A stretch of 64,000 nucleotides of DNA from Blasia pusilla (taxonomy: Eukaryota). The notes below the pieces were generated by a model. The model ran no database searches. It worked only from the letters and a program-made list of their open reading frames with translations, and was not told the origin of the DNA. The DNA lies in contig CM114271.1 of NCBI GenBank assembly GCA_050084515.1, positions 43,214,001 through 43,278,000 of the forward strand, in the 5' to 3' direction. The translations under genes were made by a program, and so were the position numbers. Shown here in pieces: positions 23,301 to 35,091 of this stretch; the first letter of the stretch is position 1, and every line of letters starts with the position of its first letter.

Positions 23301-26300
23301 GAGAGAAACTTGCGAACACAAGACCTCTACCTAACTGTTGGTCAGTTTAAAGCTAAGAACAGGACTCAGAGATAATTGTGAAGAGTATATGTCTCTAACT
23401 CTACACATGTGACAACAAGCACGACTCTTAATCCGAGCTGATACAAACGATTGCATTTGAGAAGACCTCCTACACTACTGTGTTGAAATGTGTTAATATC
23501 TAGTTTAATCATGCCCTTGAAGTAGTCAGTTAAATACTAACTTAACTGGATACTAACTTAGTTAGTTGGAGACAACTTAGAGCTCTTGTATCTTCTTGAG
23601 TAACCTCGAATTAGGGCTGAACTCGAATTAGGGTTAATCTCGAGTTAGAGCTAGCCACCATCAGATATTTAGGGTATGGATCTGTTCAAGAAGATCTAAG
23701 GGCCAGAGATGCTCACCCTCATGTATATAATGTCTCTGTTTAGAGAGCAGAAGCTAATTCTACAGTATGCACAATTTTGGTGAAGACTCCTGAGGCTTTT
23801 GGTGTGTAGTGCAGCACTGGCCCTGCTGCAGAGTGATCTGAGAGTAGGAAGAGGAGATTGAGACCAACTGCTGTGCTTGCTAGAGCCTCGCTGGAAGGCA
23901 GGTTGTTTTATCGAGTATGCTGATGGAGATTGTTTGTGCTCAATGAGGTGAGCCATGTCTGATCTCTGAGCTGGTGACATGTGAGGATCTGTAGTGTGAG
24001 TGCAAGGTGTGACTCTGTAGAATCCTTCCTAGTATCTGTTAGATAATAAGAAGAGTCACATCATGGTAGGGCTCTGATTTGGCAATAGAGATAGAAACTG
24101 ATTTGCTGATTGTGTACAAGCTGAAATCATGGATGGTCTAGCTGATGCTAGTTCTGACTTTGTACAAGGAGATACTTCTGCTGGTCAATCATTTTCACAT
24201 ACTGCAGATTCACTGCAGTATGCACATTTTCACATACTGAATCAAGGACCAAGACATCAGTTATTCACGTTGTGTGCAAGGTAGGGAATTCTTGACCATA
24301 TCGGAGAGAAAATTCTCTGTGGTTCTTACCCAAAGAGCGCTCTCGCCCTCCTGGTTCTGTTGATTGAGTATCACAAAGAGCCCGCCGGAAACGATCAAAT
24401 AACTCCAGCACTCGACCCCTGATCAGAAACGATACCTGTTTTGACTCTTCAAACTCCTTCATCAAAGATGGTGGTAAACCCTCTCCAAAATATTCGTTAA
24501 CATGCTGTGGACTGCACAAACCGCAAATTGAAAATGCGTCTCAGTTTACCATCAGTCAAAATGCGCTGTAGTATACCCCACTCTTCAGATTCCTGTCATC
24601 GTGCTTTTTCTTTAGCTGTATAATTTCAAGGTGAGTGAGTTTCAGAGTAATATCGATTTAACGATAAAACAAACCCACGCTGTAGTATACCCCACTCTTC
24701 GGATTCCTGTCATCGTGCTTTTTCTTTAGCTGTATAATTTCAAAGATGAGTGAGTTTCAGAGTAATATCCATTTGACAATAAAACAAACCCACGCTGTAG
24801 TATACCCCACTCTTCAGATTCCTGTCATCGTGCTTTTTCTTTAGCTGTATAATTTCAAGTTGAGTGAGTTTCAGAGTAATACCCATTTAGCAATAAAACA
24901 AACCCACACTTCCCATCACTCGAGGATTTGATCTATGGGTTAGATGCTTGTTGAATAAGTCCTCGACTTTCAAGAGTGTGTTTGTCTGGTTTTGGTCTGT
25001 CTTCAATTCGCATGTTTACACAATTTTCCTTCTTACAGCCTTCTGGTTTCCAGTGACTAGATATACATTTCCTTCACTTCATGGAATGTGCTTCTTTTTA
25101 AATTGCCTGCTTGGAGACACATGAAGGTTTGCATTTTAGAACCACTGCCAAGTTCAACGTCCAGTGGCGGTCGGTTGCATCACAAGAGGCAGGACAGATA
25201 ACGACCAGTTGTGAGTGGCAAGAGGATCTTCTCGCTAGCTAGAGTTTGGAGCTAAAAGAGTTGAGAACTCCACGTTATCCTCTGATTCTTCTAAGTTCCC
25301 CAGGCAGTAAGATCCTTATTAGAATCATAGCACTCCTGGTTCTTCGCAGCAAATTGTGGGGACTAGAAAGAACATGCACCCAATTCCAGGTCTCGAACAT
25401 AAGCAGGTAAGGTTGGGATAGCTTCTCAGCAAATGAGATCTGCTTAATCAACTGCATTTTCGATTAGTCGTCACGCAGCGAAGAGAAATTAAAAACCCCA
25501 TCCCATACCGGTGAAAAGTTTGCAAGAGTCAGGATACATCAGTAAGTCGATAGACTGACCTAACGGTGAGGTACTTGTTCACGTCGGCAAGAGTGAGGTG
25601 TGCTGGACCTTCAGCAGCCGTATATACAGGATCCACTTCCAACTCCACTTCCGATTCCCGCTCATCGCCAACGGTATTTCCATTTTTAGAGTCGTTCTCT
25701 TCTACGTTGGCCTGCATATCCAGCTCCTCGTGAACATGTTTATCATCCGCAGAAACAACTGCCGACATTAACCTGACGCTTTCCCTTGACAAGTAAGAGT
25801 CAGACGGAGTGATGAAAGAGTTGCATCTTCTCGAGAACGTCTGTCGTGAACTGAAAATTCCGTCTTTAATCAAACCTGCGACATTGGAAGTACATGACTG
25901 TGACAGCTAAGTGTCGATCGAATTCCAGAACCGATCTCATGTGAATGATCTACCGAAAACTAAGATATGAATTTCTGAGCTTCTCTGTCAACCCCATAAA
26001 TTCTACTTCAAAATTTGATATACCTTGAATCCCTTTCGATTTCTGAGCTTCTCTGTCAATTCCATTAAATTCTACTTCAAAATTTGATATACCTTGAATC
26101 CCTTTCGGAGCGTCTTTCACACATTTCCCAGTTGCTAACGCACGCGAGATAACCCGGGAAGCTGTTGGTTCCTGAGAGTCCAGCTGCGATCGGGAAACCT
26201 TAAGATCACGTGCTTGCTTCTCGACAATGTTCGTTCTTCCACGGATAACTCCCACTGCCGTTTCCACCACATCTTGGCACGACCGCAGACGGGCAGATAC

Positions 26301-26357
26301 CACAGGTGAGTGTGCCTTGATGAGGCCCCGCCGCAGTTGCCTAGAGATGGCAGCCAT
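20379..26357 (-). CDS. DAP3: Mitochondrial small-subunit ribosomal protein mS29 / death-associated protein 3 (8 exons)
   Basis: Phase-consistent GT-AG exons: 26357-26093, 25875-25560, 24511-24330, 22276-22065, 21754-21500, 21205-21119, 20882-20710, 20487-20379. R/S-rich presequence MAAISRQLRRGL, P-loop GFIKSGKS, WARMQGWLVFYVP, GLWDTPVQA, VLICIDE, FYLTNGNG. Confidence 0.9.
23481..24234. mobile_element. Solo LTR in DAP3 intron 3
   Basis: Starts TGTTGAAATGTG and ends CACATTTTCACA (imperfect inverted termini, TG..CA). Flanked by a 5-bp direct repeat TACTG (23476-23480 and 24235-24239). Internal TATA-like TATATAA at about 23724. Confidence 0.7.
24564..24906. repeat. Tandem repeat, 3 x about 114-115 bp, in DAP3 intron 2
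   Basis: Units start CGCTGTAGTATACCCCACTCTTC at 24564, 24678 and 24793 and are near-identical. Confidence 0.95.
25971..26107. repeat. Tandem duplication (about 68-69 bp x 2) spanning the DAP3 exon 1 donor site
   Basis: TTCTGAGCTTCTCTGTCAA..AAATTCTACTTCAAAATTTGATATACCTTGAATCCCTTTCG occurs twice. Confidence 0.9.
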
Positions 26358-26906
26358 AATTACTGTGACAAAACCAGCTACTGGGCAGGAATTTGCAATT
26401 TTGATAAGTTCATATGCAGCTCCATAGGTTCCAGACACCGCTCATTGAGAGTGTCAACCACCCAACGACTCTCTACACACAGCTGACGGCTTACTTGTCA
26501 CATCAAGGAAGCCGATTCCTCTCTACTACCTAAATCAGAATATGAGGAGTTCACGACCGAATGATCCGCCAGGAAGAATCACTAGCGCTCGATTGTGTTT
26601 CGAGAAACAGCGTTCCCACAGTCTCGTACTGCGAGTAGACCTAATCCTCTGTAAGACGAGAATTTCCCGAACAAAGGTGACCAAATTTAAGGCGTAGAAG
26701 GTCCACTCACAGCCAGCTTCTAGTGCAAGCGCACGTTGGGGAAGTGGAAGCTAGATGTGTGGTCAAGTCCATGGAACTACCCGACCGGTTGTCGTCGAGA
26801 AATTCTCCAGGTAGGAACTTCCGACTCGGAGTTTATTACTGTTAAATCTTGGCTTTAAAAAGGCCCTAGGGTTCGGGAACATAATGGCCAAGTGTTATGC
26901 TGGACC

Positions 26907-26921
26907 TTAGGGTTAGGGTTT
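26907..26921. promoter_or_regulatory. Telo-box-like motif upstream of DAP3
   Basis: TTAGGGTTAGGGTTT (contains the reverse complement of AAACCCTA) about 550 bp upstream of the ATG. Telo-boxes are common upstream of plant translation-machinery genes. Confidence 0.4.
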
Positions 26922-27975
26922 TACCTATTAGTAGTTCACATCATGGAGATGCTTTGCGAACGCAAATCTCGACAACCCCACCTGTTTCGATGCTGCGAAA
27001 TAAGCTCACGCGCAAGAGTGTCATCACCTTGAGTTTCCGTATCTTGCAGCCCCAATACTTTGCCACCCTCAGGCGATTGCAACATTCGCGCGGACATGAC
27101 GGCCAAGACTCTTTCCGGATGACTTGGTGCGATGTTTCTGTGCAATTGCGAGCACTACCATGTCTGCGCACCAGGCTCCGTGGAGGAGCGTTAGAAAATT
27201 GACACCCGGTAAACTACATATGGTAGGTTGATTGACCTACAAATTACCGTCTCAGCTTCTTCTCCTCCTCCCAGCTGTAAACTAAATGCGGCCCTCCAAG
27301 CTGCTTTGAGGGCGTGGTTATGATCTTTAGTTTGGTTGATTTTGAAAGCGACGATCCTACGATAGTGCTATGGCCAGAGAGTATCTCTGTTGTAATTCGT
27401 ACTGGTAGCATTCCTCGAAACGATGTAATATTACCAAGGATGGGCATGAGGTCGCGAGCAAACTTGAGAAAATGTAAAAATCGCGGCTTCTGCACAATTT
27501 GGCGAAAAGTCTCCGAAAACTTCAATGGGGAGAGGGCGAATGCCATTGGGCGATTCTACATTGAAACAATAATATCTGGTTCAGGAATGCGTTGTTTCAG
27601 GAATAAAATAGGGAATGAATGAATTACGCAGTGACGGGAAGTGGACAACAAATTTGGTACGAATCCAGCATCCGTTTGACCACATTGCCCTGATAATATC
27701 ATGGACCATATTATTTGACCCTAGGGGCAGATCACAACACAACAGATTGGGATTTACCCTCCGATCCATAAATAACACATAACTACAGATTCTAACCTAA
27801 ATCTAAACTACAATAAATAAATTGATGATGTGGTTTTCACTTGCTCCTTGATCTGAATGCAACCTAATCAAAGTCTATTTGCCACGGGGATTTACAGCCT
27901 CTTTCTCTACACCATTCCTAAGAGGCTAACAAATGAATATAATGAAGAGAATGAGCTTGGCAGCACGTCCCATTG

Positions 27976-30937
27976 TCATCGTTTCTTCTTCGTTTCCGCA
28001 GGAAGCAGGTAAGAGATCGGAGGTCGATCTACAAGCTGTCTCTTGCCTCCACCCGGTGGAGATTCGAAAGAATATACAGGGCCGAGCAGCCAGGTGACAG
28101 CAGCCCCACCAACCAGCCCTCCAAACTGGAAGGTGAACATGAACATGCGGAGCTGAGTTAGTCTTCAGGTGGATGAACGGCCAATTTTGGAAATGTTACA
28201 AAAATGCTGCTTGAACATAAATAGAAAACATGGTCACGGGTTGCTTACATGGCTCCAGTTATCGATGCCTTCACTCATTAGCCCAAACATCTGCAGCGAG
28301 AAACATGACTCCTCTTAGAATAAATACTCGTGTGTTACTCCTACAGTACAGCTTTCCCAGCACAAATTATAATACACTATGAGCAGATTTTTAGCCACGA
28401 CCAAGAGGGTTCAGTTTCTATTCACCATGTTTATTGCAATCACGCGCCCTACTTGTTGAAGGCTCCGCTGCCCTCCAATCATCATGTTCTTATGCCTCAC
28501 CAAGAAAACTGCGAGTGCACCAACCTGCCACATACACTACGGCCTGAGTTCTGAAAGTATCCTAACCTTTCCGTAGGGTCTAGCCCACTACAAATCAAGT
28601 AAGGTAACCAAGTCCCACCATTTGAAGTACTAAATAGATGCAAGTCTGCTCAAGACCTCTGGCACTGTCTGTAGCAAGCAATTCAACAAAATATAATGCT
28701 TCTGACTATATTAGCCCATGTACAGCTTTACAATATCCATGAAAAGCTAAGGAATCACGTTTGGAGTCACGAGTTAACTTACAAGTCCAAAGATTGCTCC
28801 TGAAGCACCCACTGAAGGAGCTGAGCAAAGAAAATAGCTTAAACTAGTACCTGCACCAGAACTTCCATCAGCCAATTTACCAAATTCAGCATCACCACGG
28901 TGACAACAAGGGACCTACATACGTACTGAATCTAAAGACATTCGGGATAGTGACAGAAGGAGCTGATTTCTGTCAGGGAAGGGAAAGGATGGGTCGTAAC
29001 TTGTTAGTGCAGATACTGAGTAGACTGCAAGGAATCTTCCCGGTCCTGCTAATGCCTCCACTGATGGTCCGATCGAATTTAATGAATAAGAATTTACCTG
29101 TGCAAAAATTTGAAATATGAAAGTGCTCCTCCAAGCAAAATGAAAATCAGCAATTGATGGATCAAACTGAGTTGGACACTACGAATTGCTGAGCTCTAAA
29201 GAGATTTCTTACAAGTAAATGGATGACATTCGCATGAAGAACTGCTGGCGTGATTAATCTCCACAATTGACCTTTAGCAATTAGGCTGTTGACCTGTTCA
29301 AGAAGACAGAAAGTATCATAGGCAGCCTATTTTCTCTACGTAACAGCAGAACTCACTTCCCAAGAGAACCACCATCAAATGGTACTGGTGTATGTTTGAA
29401 GTTTAGCCCCATGTGTAGCAATCTCTCTCAGTTGTTTCCAGACATTCATCACTAAGCCTCTTCACTCCCAAACCCACTGTGCAGGAATCCTTGACCTCTT
29501 CTTTGATTCTAACGATCAGCATTTTCCATTACATTAAAGCTAGATTTGTATGGTAGCAGAAGCCTCATGTAAAGGACCTAGTTTATCGTTCAGGACCTCA
29601 ACACCCACACAGCTCACCTGCTGACGATTGTTAAAAAAGCACGCATAGTTTGTTTCCACATCTTTCAGGGTGGATTGTCTGAGCAACCTAGAACACAGAT
29701 TATACCTTCGCCCCCAAAAGCAGCAGCCTTCCTTGTGTAGCTGCCTGTCCCAAAAAGACTCTGCAGACCACATCAAATCTATCAGCCAACCTCAAAGGAA
29801 GAAATCTACCAAAGTTTTGTCAGCCCTACTTCATGTGTTCCAGTATCGAAGATGGGACTTAGAAGATCAATGATGAAAATTGATAAGGAAGAAAAGAACA
29901 CTGCCAAGAAAGTCCCAGAAAGAGGAAACTCACAATAAATTCAAGCCTAAGAGAAATGAGGTAATATTTCGCCTCTGAGAGTGATTCTTTTCATCAGCAG
30001 ACACAGGCGATCCACCACCAGCACCACTTCCAAGAGAGGCCAGAATGACTTTGCCCCTGCTGCTGTCATTTTGAACTTTGGGTCCCAGATACCAAGAGCT
30101 CCACGGGCTTGAAATGAGTACACTTAAGCCCACTCTACAAGGGGAGCCTATGCCTCCACAATTTGTTAATGGTACAATTGATAACAAATCTCTCCAATGA
30201 AGCTCTGACGATTGACGACCATTGCCATTACCAATACTCTTCTTTGCCCTCTGCATAATCGTCAATGACATCTTTAGAACAAAAATCTAGTCTTGATACC
30301 CTCACCTTGCACCGCCGTAATTTGACAGAACGACTATCCTGAATGCCATGAATATGATCTCTTATGAAGTACATGTGTCCAAGAACGGGACGAAAACCAT
30401 GTGAATGGAAACCTTAAATTGATCTACAAACTTCCCAATATGGGTCAATTTCCACAAAAATGACCAAAAGAGTTTTTAACTGAACGTAGTTCTCTATGTC
30501 TTATGATTAATATCCGAAACACATTCAAGGGATGTCATTCACCAATCAAACCTTCTTAAACAAAATGATGAAGAAGACAAGCTCCTAGAGCCATCTCTAA
30601 ATTGAACGATATTCTAAGCGTGAGTGTGAAGGTGCTAGCTCAACGCCAGAACTTCCGAAGTCAGATAGGAATGAACACAAAAACAAATGAGAGAAAATGT
30701 TGGCACCTTGTTTAGTTCTGAGTGCTGTGAGCTCCTACACAAAAATTGACGAAGCTGTAATTGAGCCCCGGCTGCTAACAATCCTATTCCACACTTGGAA
30801 GCTGCCATGGCATTCCAACCTCCAGCAAAATCCCCTTTCCGTATGTCTAGTTTCACACTTCTCGACCCAAAGATCCACTTCAACAGTCCCATTGGATCAT
30901 GTGAGCCCAGTGCCCCCATGTCCCCTGGAAGTATCAT
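27976..30937 (-). CDS. RBL10: Rhomboid-like intramembrane serine protease, RBL10-like (9 exons)
   Basis: Phase-consistent exons: 30937-30707, 30271-29934, 29760-29706, 29293-29213, 29097-29001, 28850-28783, 28524-28426, 28290-28249, 28125-27976. Motifs [26 protein letters not shown], catalytic [10 protein letters not shown] and IDNWSHFGG. Start codon uncertain (30937 or 30919). Confidence 0.88.
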
Positions 30938-32484
30938 CTTTTCCCTCCAAAAATCTGAAAGGCGCTCACAGGCCGAATTATCAAGAATATCCTGATTGTA
31001 AAAAAACTTTTTAACAAAGCATGCGATGCACATACAATTTCTCAAGATCAGGAGAACAGAACTAGCGATGCCGCGAGCGTAAACGTATGATTTGCAAGAG
31101 CACTCCAAGTCGTTTGCTTTTTTGTAGCTCAATATTTGGGGGTGTCAGAGCACTTCCGGATAGGGGTGCCCACGCCATCCGGATAAACCTATCCAGTGGG
31201 TATCGGAATAGGAAACGGGGAGAGCATCCGGCCGACAGAATGTCTCCTGGATGCAGCACCATCGTAAGATTTGAAAGGGAACCTCACCAGTTCTTTCTCG
31301 TGCCTTGCTTTGGTGCCTGTGCACTGATTTATTACCTCTCCTTGTGCTCTATACGCTCGTAAGGAGGTTGTGATCCATATGCTCATGACAAGGCGACAGG
31401 GTGCATGTTGCTTTCATTTCATTAAAATACCTGCTATGATCTGACTCGGAGATTTCAGCACAAGATTTTTCAAGACGTCAAGATGATGGAAATTCCCGGC
31501 GTCTCATGCTAAGCAAATTAGGACAGGTAACATAATCAAAATGCCACCTTAAAATTCAATGTCGGCCACCGGGAAATTCTGGTGACAAGAAGCTCTGCAG
31601 CTGAGGACAGCAGTCTATTTCACTGCCGGTGAAACTTGCATGTGAAATCTTATGTGAAAACGTTACCTTGTTTGCCGTGCTTGCTGGAAATTTCCTGTCT
31701 TTTTTGTTGACGTCAGGTTCAACCTATTTCGCAACCTTGCAAATAGACCAATCCCCTCTTTCTACGACTCAATGCTGCGTCCGACTGACATCCCAGAAAA
31801 ATACCGGTCACATCGCAGTTCCTAGTGTAACACCCGCCTCTGTGAAGTAGTCTTAAGCTGCAGTCCACAACTATTCTAGAGCGAAACCCCAGGAATTCCA
31901 AATCCTTCTCGCTCACTCGATCGCAATCCACAGACTCTTCATCAAAAACCTACACATTCTAATAACGTGGGTGACAAAGGAGACGTCAAAACGCCTTTCA
32001 TTATTCGACAAACCAAAAACGGAAACCCTCCCAGTAGCTGGTTCCCTCACAATTCCGGAATATATGGTCAGGTCTCGAGCTGTCGACCCAATCAGCCCCG
32101 TTCTGAAAGGCTCATAAGAGAGTCTCCCCAACTTTGGTGGAGATTGACGGAATATTAGTGCGGTCATAAGAGAGTCTCTCCAACTTTGGTGGAATATTAG
32201 TATGGTGTCGAATTAATATGGAAATAAAAAAGTTATTGAAGAGTTTCTTTTAGTGTATAGTAAGGGAAGGATTAAAGATGTTCCATACAAATTCAAATTT
32301 TTTTCTTACTGCCCCTAGGATGTGAAATATTCTTTTGAGGTGTTTGCAAATCAAGAAGGTACTCTCTTATAATAATAGAGATGTTGGTATTTGGTCCATC
32401 ACCCTCCCCCTTTAGGCAATAGTCCCCTACCAGCTCACCTCATCGAGACGAAGCTTGTCATTATAAGGTGCTCTTCTAATGGAG

Positions 32485-32527
32485 CTCTCCGACACCATTG
32501 TGACAATGTCACAATGGTGTCGGAGAG
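32485..32527. repeat. Perfect palindrome, 21-bp arms with a 1-nt spacer
   Basis: CTCTCCGACACCATTGTGACA-A-TGTCACAATGGTGTCGGAGAG. Confidence 0.95.
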
Positions 32528-33156
32528 ACTTCCTACGCTCTTGTAATCCACTCGTACATGCATAGGTGTGACAATGGAATTGTGGTCGGCATCAAAGATA
32601 CTTTAGGAGCTCCGGTAATATAGCGACACTGCTAAAAAAAGATCCATTTTGCATGTCTTTACAGATCAGACTCAAAATATGAGGAAGACAAGGGCCAATA
32701 AGCCAGTATGGCATTAACAACACAATCACAAACTAGTGGATTGGGTTTTGAAAGGGTGGTTTTCCTATACTGTAAAATACTTCCAAAATAAATAAAAAGT
32801 ACTTGCTTAGTACAGGCAACTCCCAAAACCTTCTTTCCAAATTTGTGAGTGTTTTGAAAGTCATGTGCAAGTATTTTGCGGCTATCAAGGGACTTGAAGA
32901 GTTTTCGCAAGTAGTTTTTATTAGCAAATTAATTGGCATTATGGAAAGTTCACAATGCAAATGATTCAAGGAGACAATTAACAACATTCCTTCATCAAAA
33001 TAATGAGGTCAATAGTTGGATTACAACATATCTATATCCAAAGTGGTGGTAAGATAAATTTTAAGTAGGTACGACTAACGACTCGTTCCATGTGGTTGGT
33101 GTGCATCTAGTGTGTCATGCTATTGTCTAGATGGGCGTGCACCTATTGTATGTACA

Positions 33157-33266
33157 TGTCGTGCGCATACACTTCACTACACAACCACACAGATGTGGTG
33201 TGGTTGTATGTGTCTTGGATTGGTGACATCAATGTATATTGTGTAGCGATGTATATGCACACGACA
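33157..33266. repeat. 110-bp unit bounded by inverted copies of the retroelement A-repeat terminus
   Basis: Starts TGTCGTGCGCATACACTTCACTACACAA and ends TTGTGTAGCGATGTATATGCACACGACA (24/28 inverted match). Both ends match the element end at 35822. Confidence 0.8.
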
Positions 33267-33539
33267 ACTTGCTCTACTAGATCATCTACCTCAAGATGAT
33301 CTTGTAAAGTCATGCGTGTTTAATTAGTGATTGATCTCACAAGACCCAAAAGTTTTTCATCTTATGGATTTCAAAACCAAGATCTCATGCAAAACCTGAT
33401 GCCTTAGTATGTCTACACCTCCACTAGTGTTTCATGTGCATGTCAAGTAATTCATGCTAGCCTAATCCATAACATGGCATAGAGATGCCTCAAAAAATGA
33501 CGATTGTGCTTAATTAGATGTCTTGCCAAAGATCTAGAA

Positions 33540-35091
33540 GATTGTAGAGGAACATTTTGCGGGTATGGGGAGATAATAGGATACAAGTGGTACCTCATCC
33601 TTCCCACCGAGCATGTGTAGTGCAACATGCCCATGAGTAGTTGGGGCATTTTGGAGTAAAGCGTACTTACAGCTTATTCCAGGTTCAATATTGATGGCGC
33701 GGTATGCATATTGGAGTACAGCACTTTGTGGCCAGATGTATGGTATGTGACCAAGTGTGAGCATCCTTCAATGCTCCCACTCCGTAGTTACATCCTTTGC
33801 CGATTATGGGTTTAGGTTATCGGTGGACTTTAGACTTTGCGGGACCTTTGCCATTGACGGGGCGTCACCACAGGTATGTTTTGGTCATGGTGGAGCATTT
33901 CTCCAAGTGGATAGAGTTGGTGGCACTATTAGACAAGGCAAGCGAGGAAACAACATATGCGTTTCTAGATCGTGTGCTTAGTCATTTTGGTGCAGTGGCG
34001 GAGGTGTTGACTAACTAGGGTACCGAGTTTAGGGGAGAGTTTGAGGCCTTGTGTGATTAGGCGCTAGTAGATCACCGCACCACATCTAGAGATCATCTTG
34101 AGGCAGATGGTTGGCGGGGAGAGTTGTCCATACAGTGAAGAGAGGATTGCGCAAGTAGCAAGTATGGCTTGCAGCGGGGACAGTTGAGGGAGTGGGACCT
34201 ATAGTTGCCATGGTTGGCTATGGGTTATCGCTTCAGCTGGCAGGCATCCTTGGCGTCATTTTCACCGTACTTTTTGCTCTTTGGGAGAGAGCCAAATTTA
34301 TCTCCATCTATTTGAGGTGACATGGCGGAGATGTTAGATCTTGATGATCCAAATATGTGGGTATAAGCATGTTCTCACAGGGCAGAGATTTTTCATAGAG
34401 TCATGCCCATGGCCTCTGAGAACTTAGCTATTGCTCAGCATAGGGATACATTAAGGTACGCGACCATTCGTGGAGGAGGTTATCTTCCAGGGATTAGGAG
34501 GTTTCATCTTGGAGATTACGTGTATTTATTGCAGGCCGTACCCGCGACGCTAGATGTCACTGCAGGGCGCATAATCCTACATGTGCGCGAGGTGTTACCG
34601 ACCGGAGTGCTCATGTTGGAGGGACGGGATGGTATGGTTTGGAAGGATCATGTGCGCAACAGTGCACCATGTCACCTTTCAAACGTGGACGGGAGAGTGG
34701 ATCCGAGCTTAGCAATGGTATCTACACGCTGGAGGTGTATGTTGTGTGGATCTACGAGGGATGCAGCCACCATGTTGGTATGTGATGGTTGTTCTCGAGG
34801 GTGGCATATGTCATGTCTGATCCCCCCTCTTGATGTAGTTCCCACGGGACGATGGATATGTCCAAGATGTATATAGGGTAGTAGATCATGTTAGAGAGAT
34901 GTGATATCTGCTATCTGGAGTTGGGGGGATCCAACTACTAGTTTAGGGGGCGGTTGTGTATCTCGATGTATATGTGTGAGTTGATTTTTTGTACTTGTGT
35001 GGATCTACCCGTATGTTGGGGAAAATTAGTATTGTGTGGTGTGGATGTGACCAACGATATATATTGTGTAGCGATATGTATGCGCATGACA
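33540..35091 (+). mobile_element. Truncated older copy of the retroelement: integrase + intact PHD finger + A-type terminus
   Basis: PIMGLGYRWTLDFAGPLP..VEHFSKWIELVAL (33797-34018) and ORF 34403-34876 ending CMLCGS..MLVCDGCSRGWHMSCLIPPLDVVPTGRWICPRC. Then TAGGGGGCG (about 34944) and a terminus ...GTGTAGCGATATGTATGCGCATGACA at 35091. Confidence 0.88.

Noticed and set aside
24564-24906. CRISPR-like array
   Set aside because: The units are contiguous near-identical 115-mers with no unique spacers, in a eukaryotic intron with no cas genes.
32113-32192. Short duplication CATAAGAGAGTCTC..CAACTTTGGTGGA
   Set aside because: An ordinary small local duplication with no further structure.
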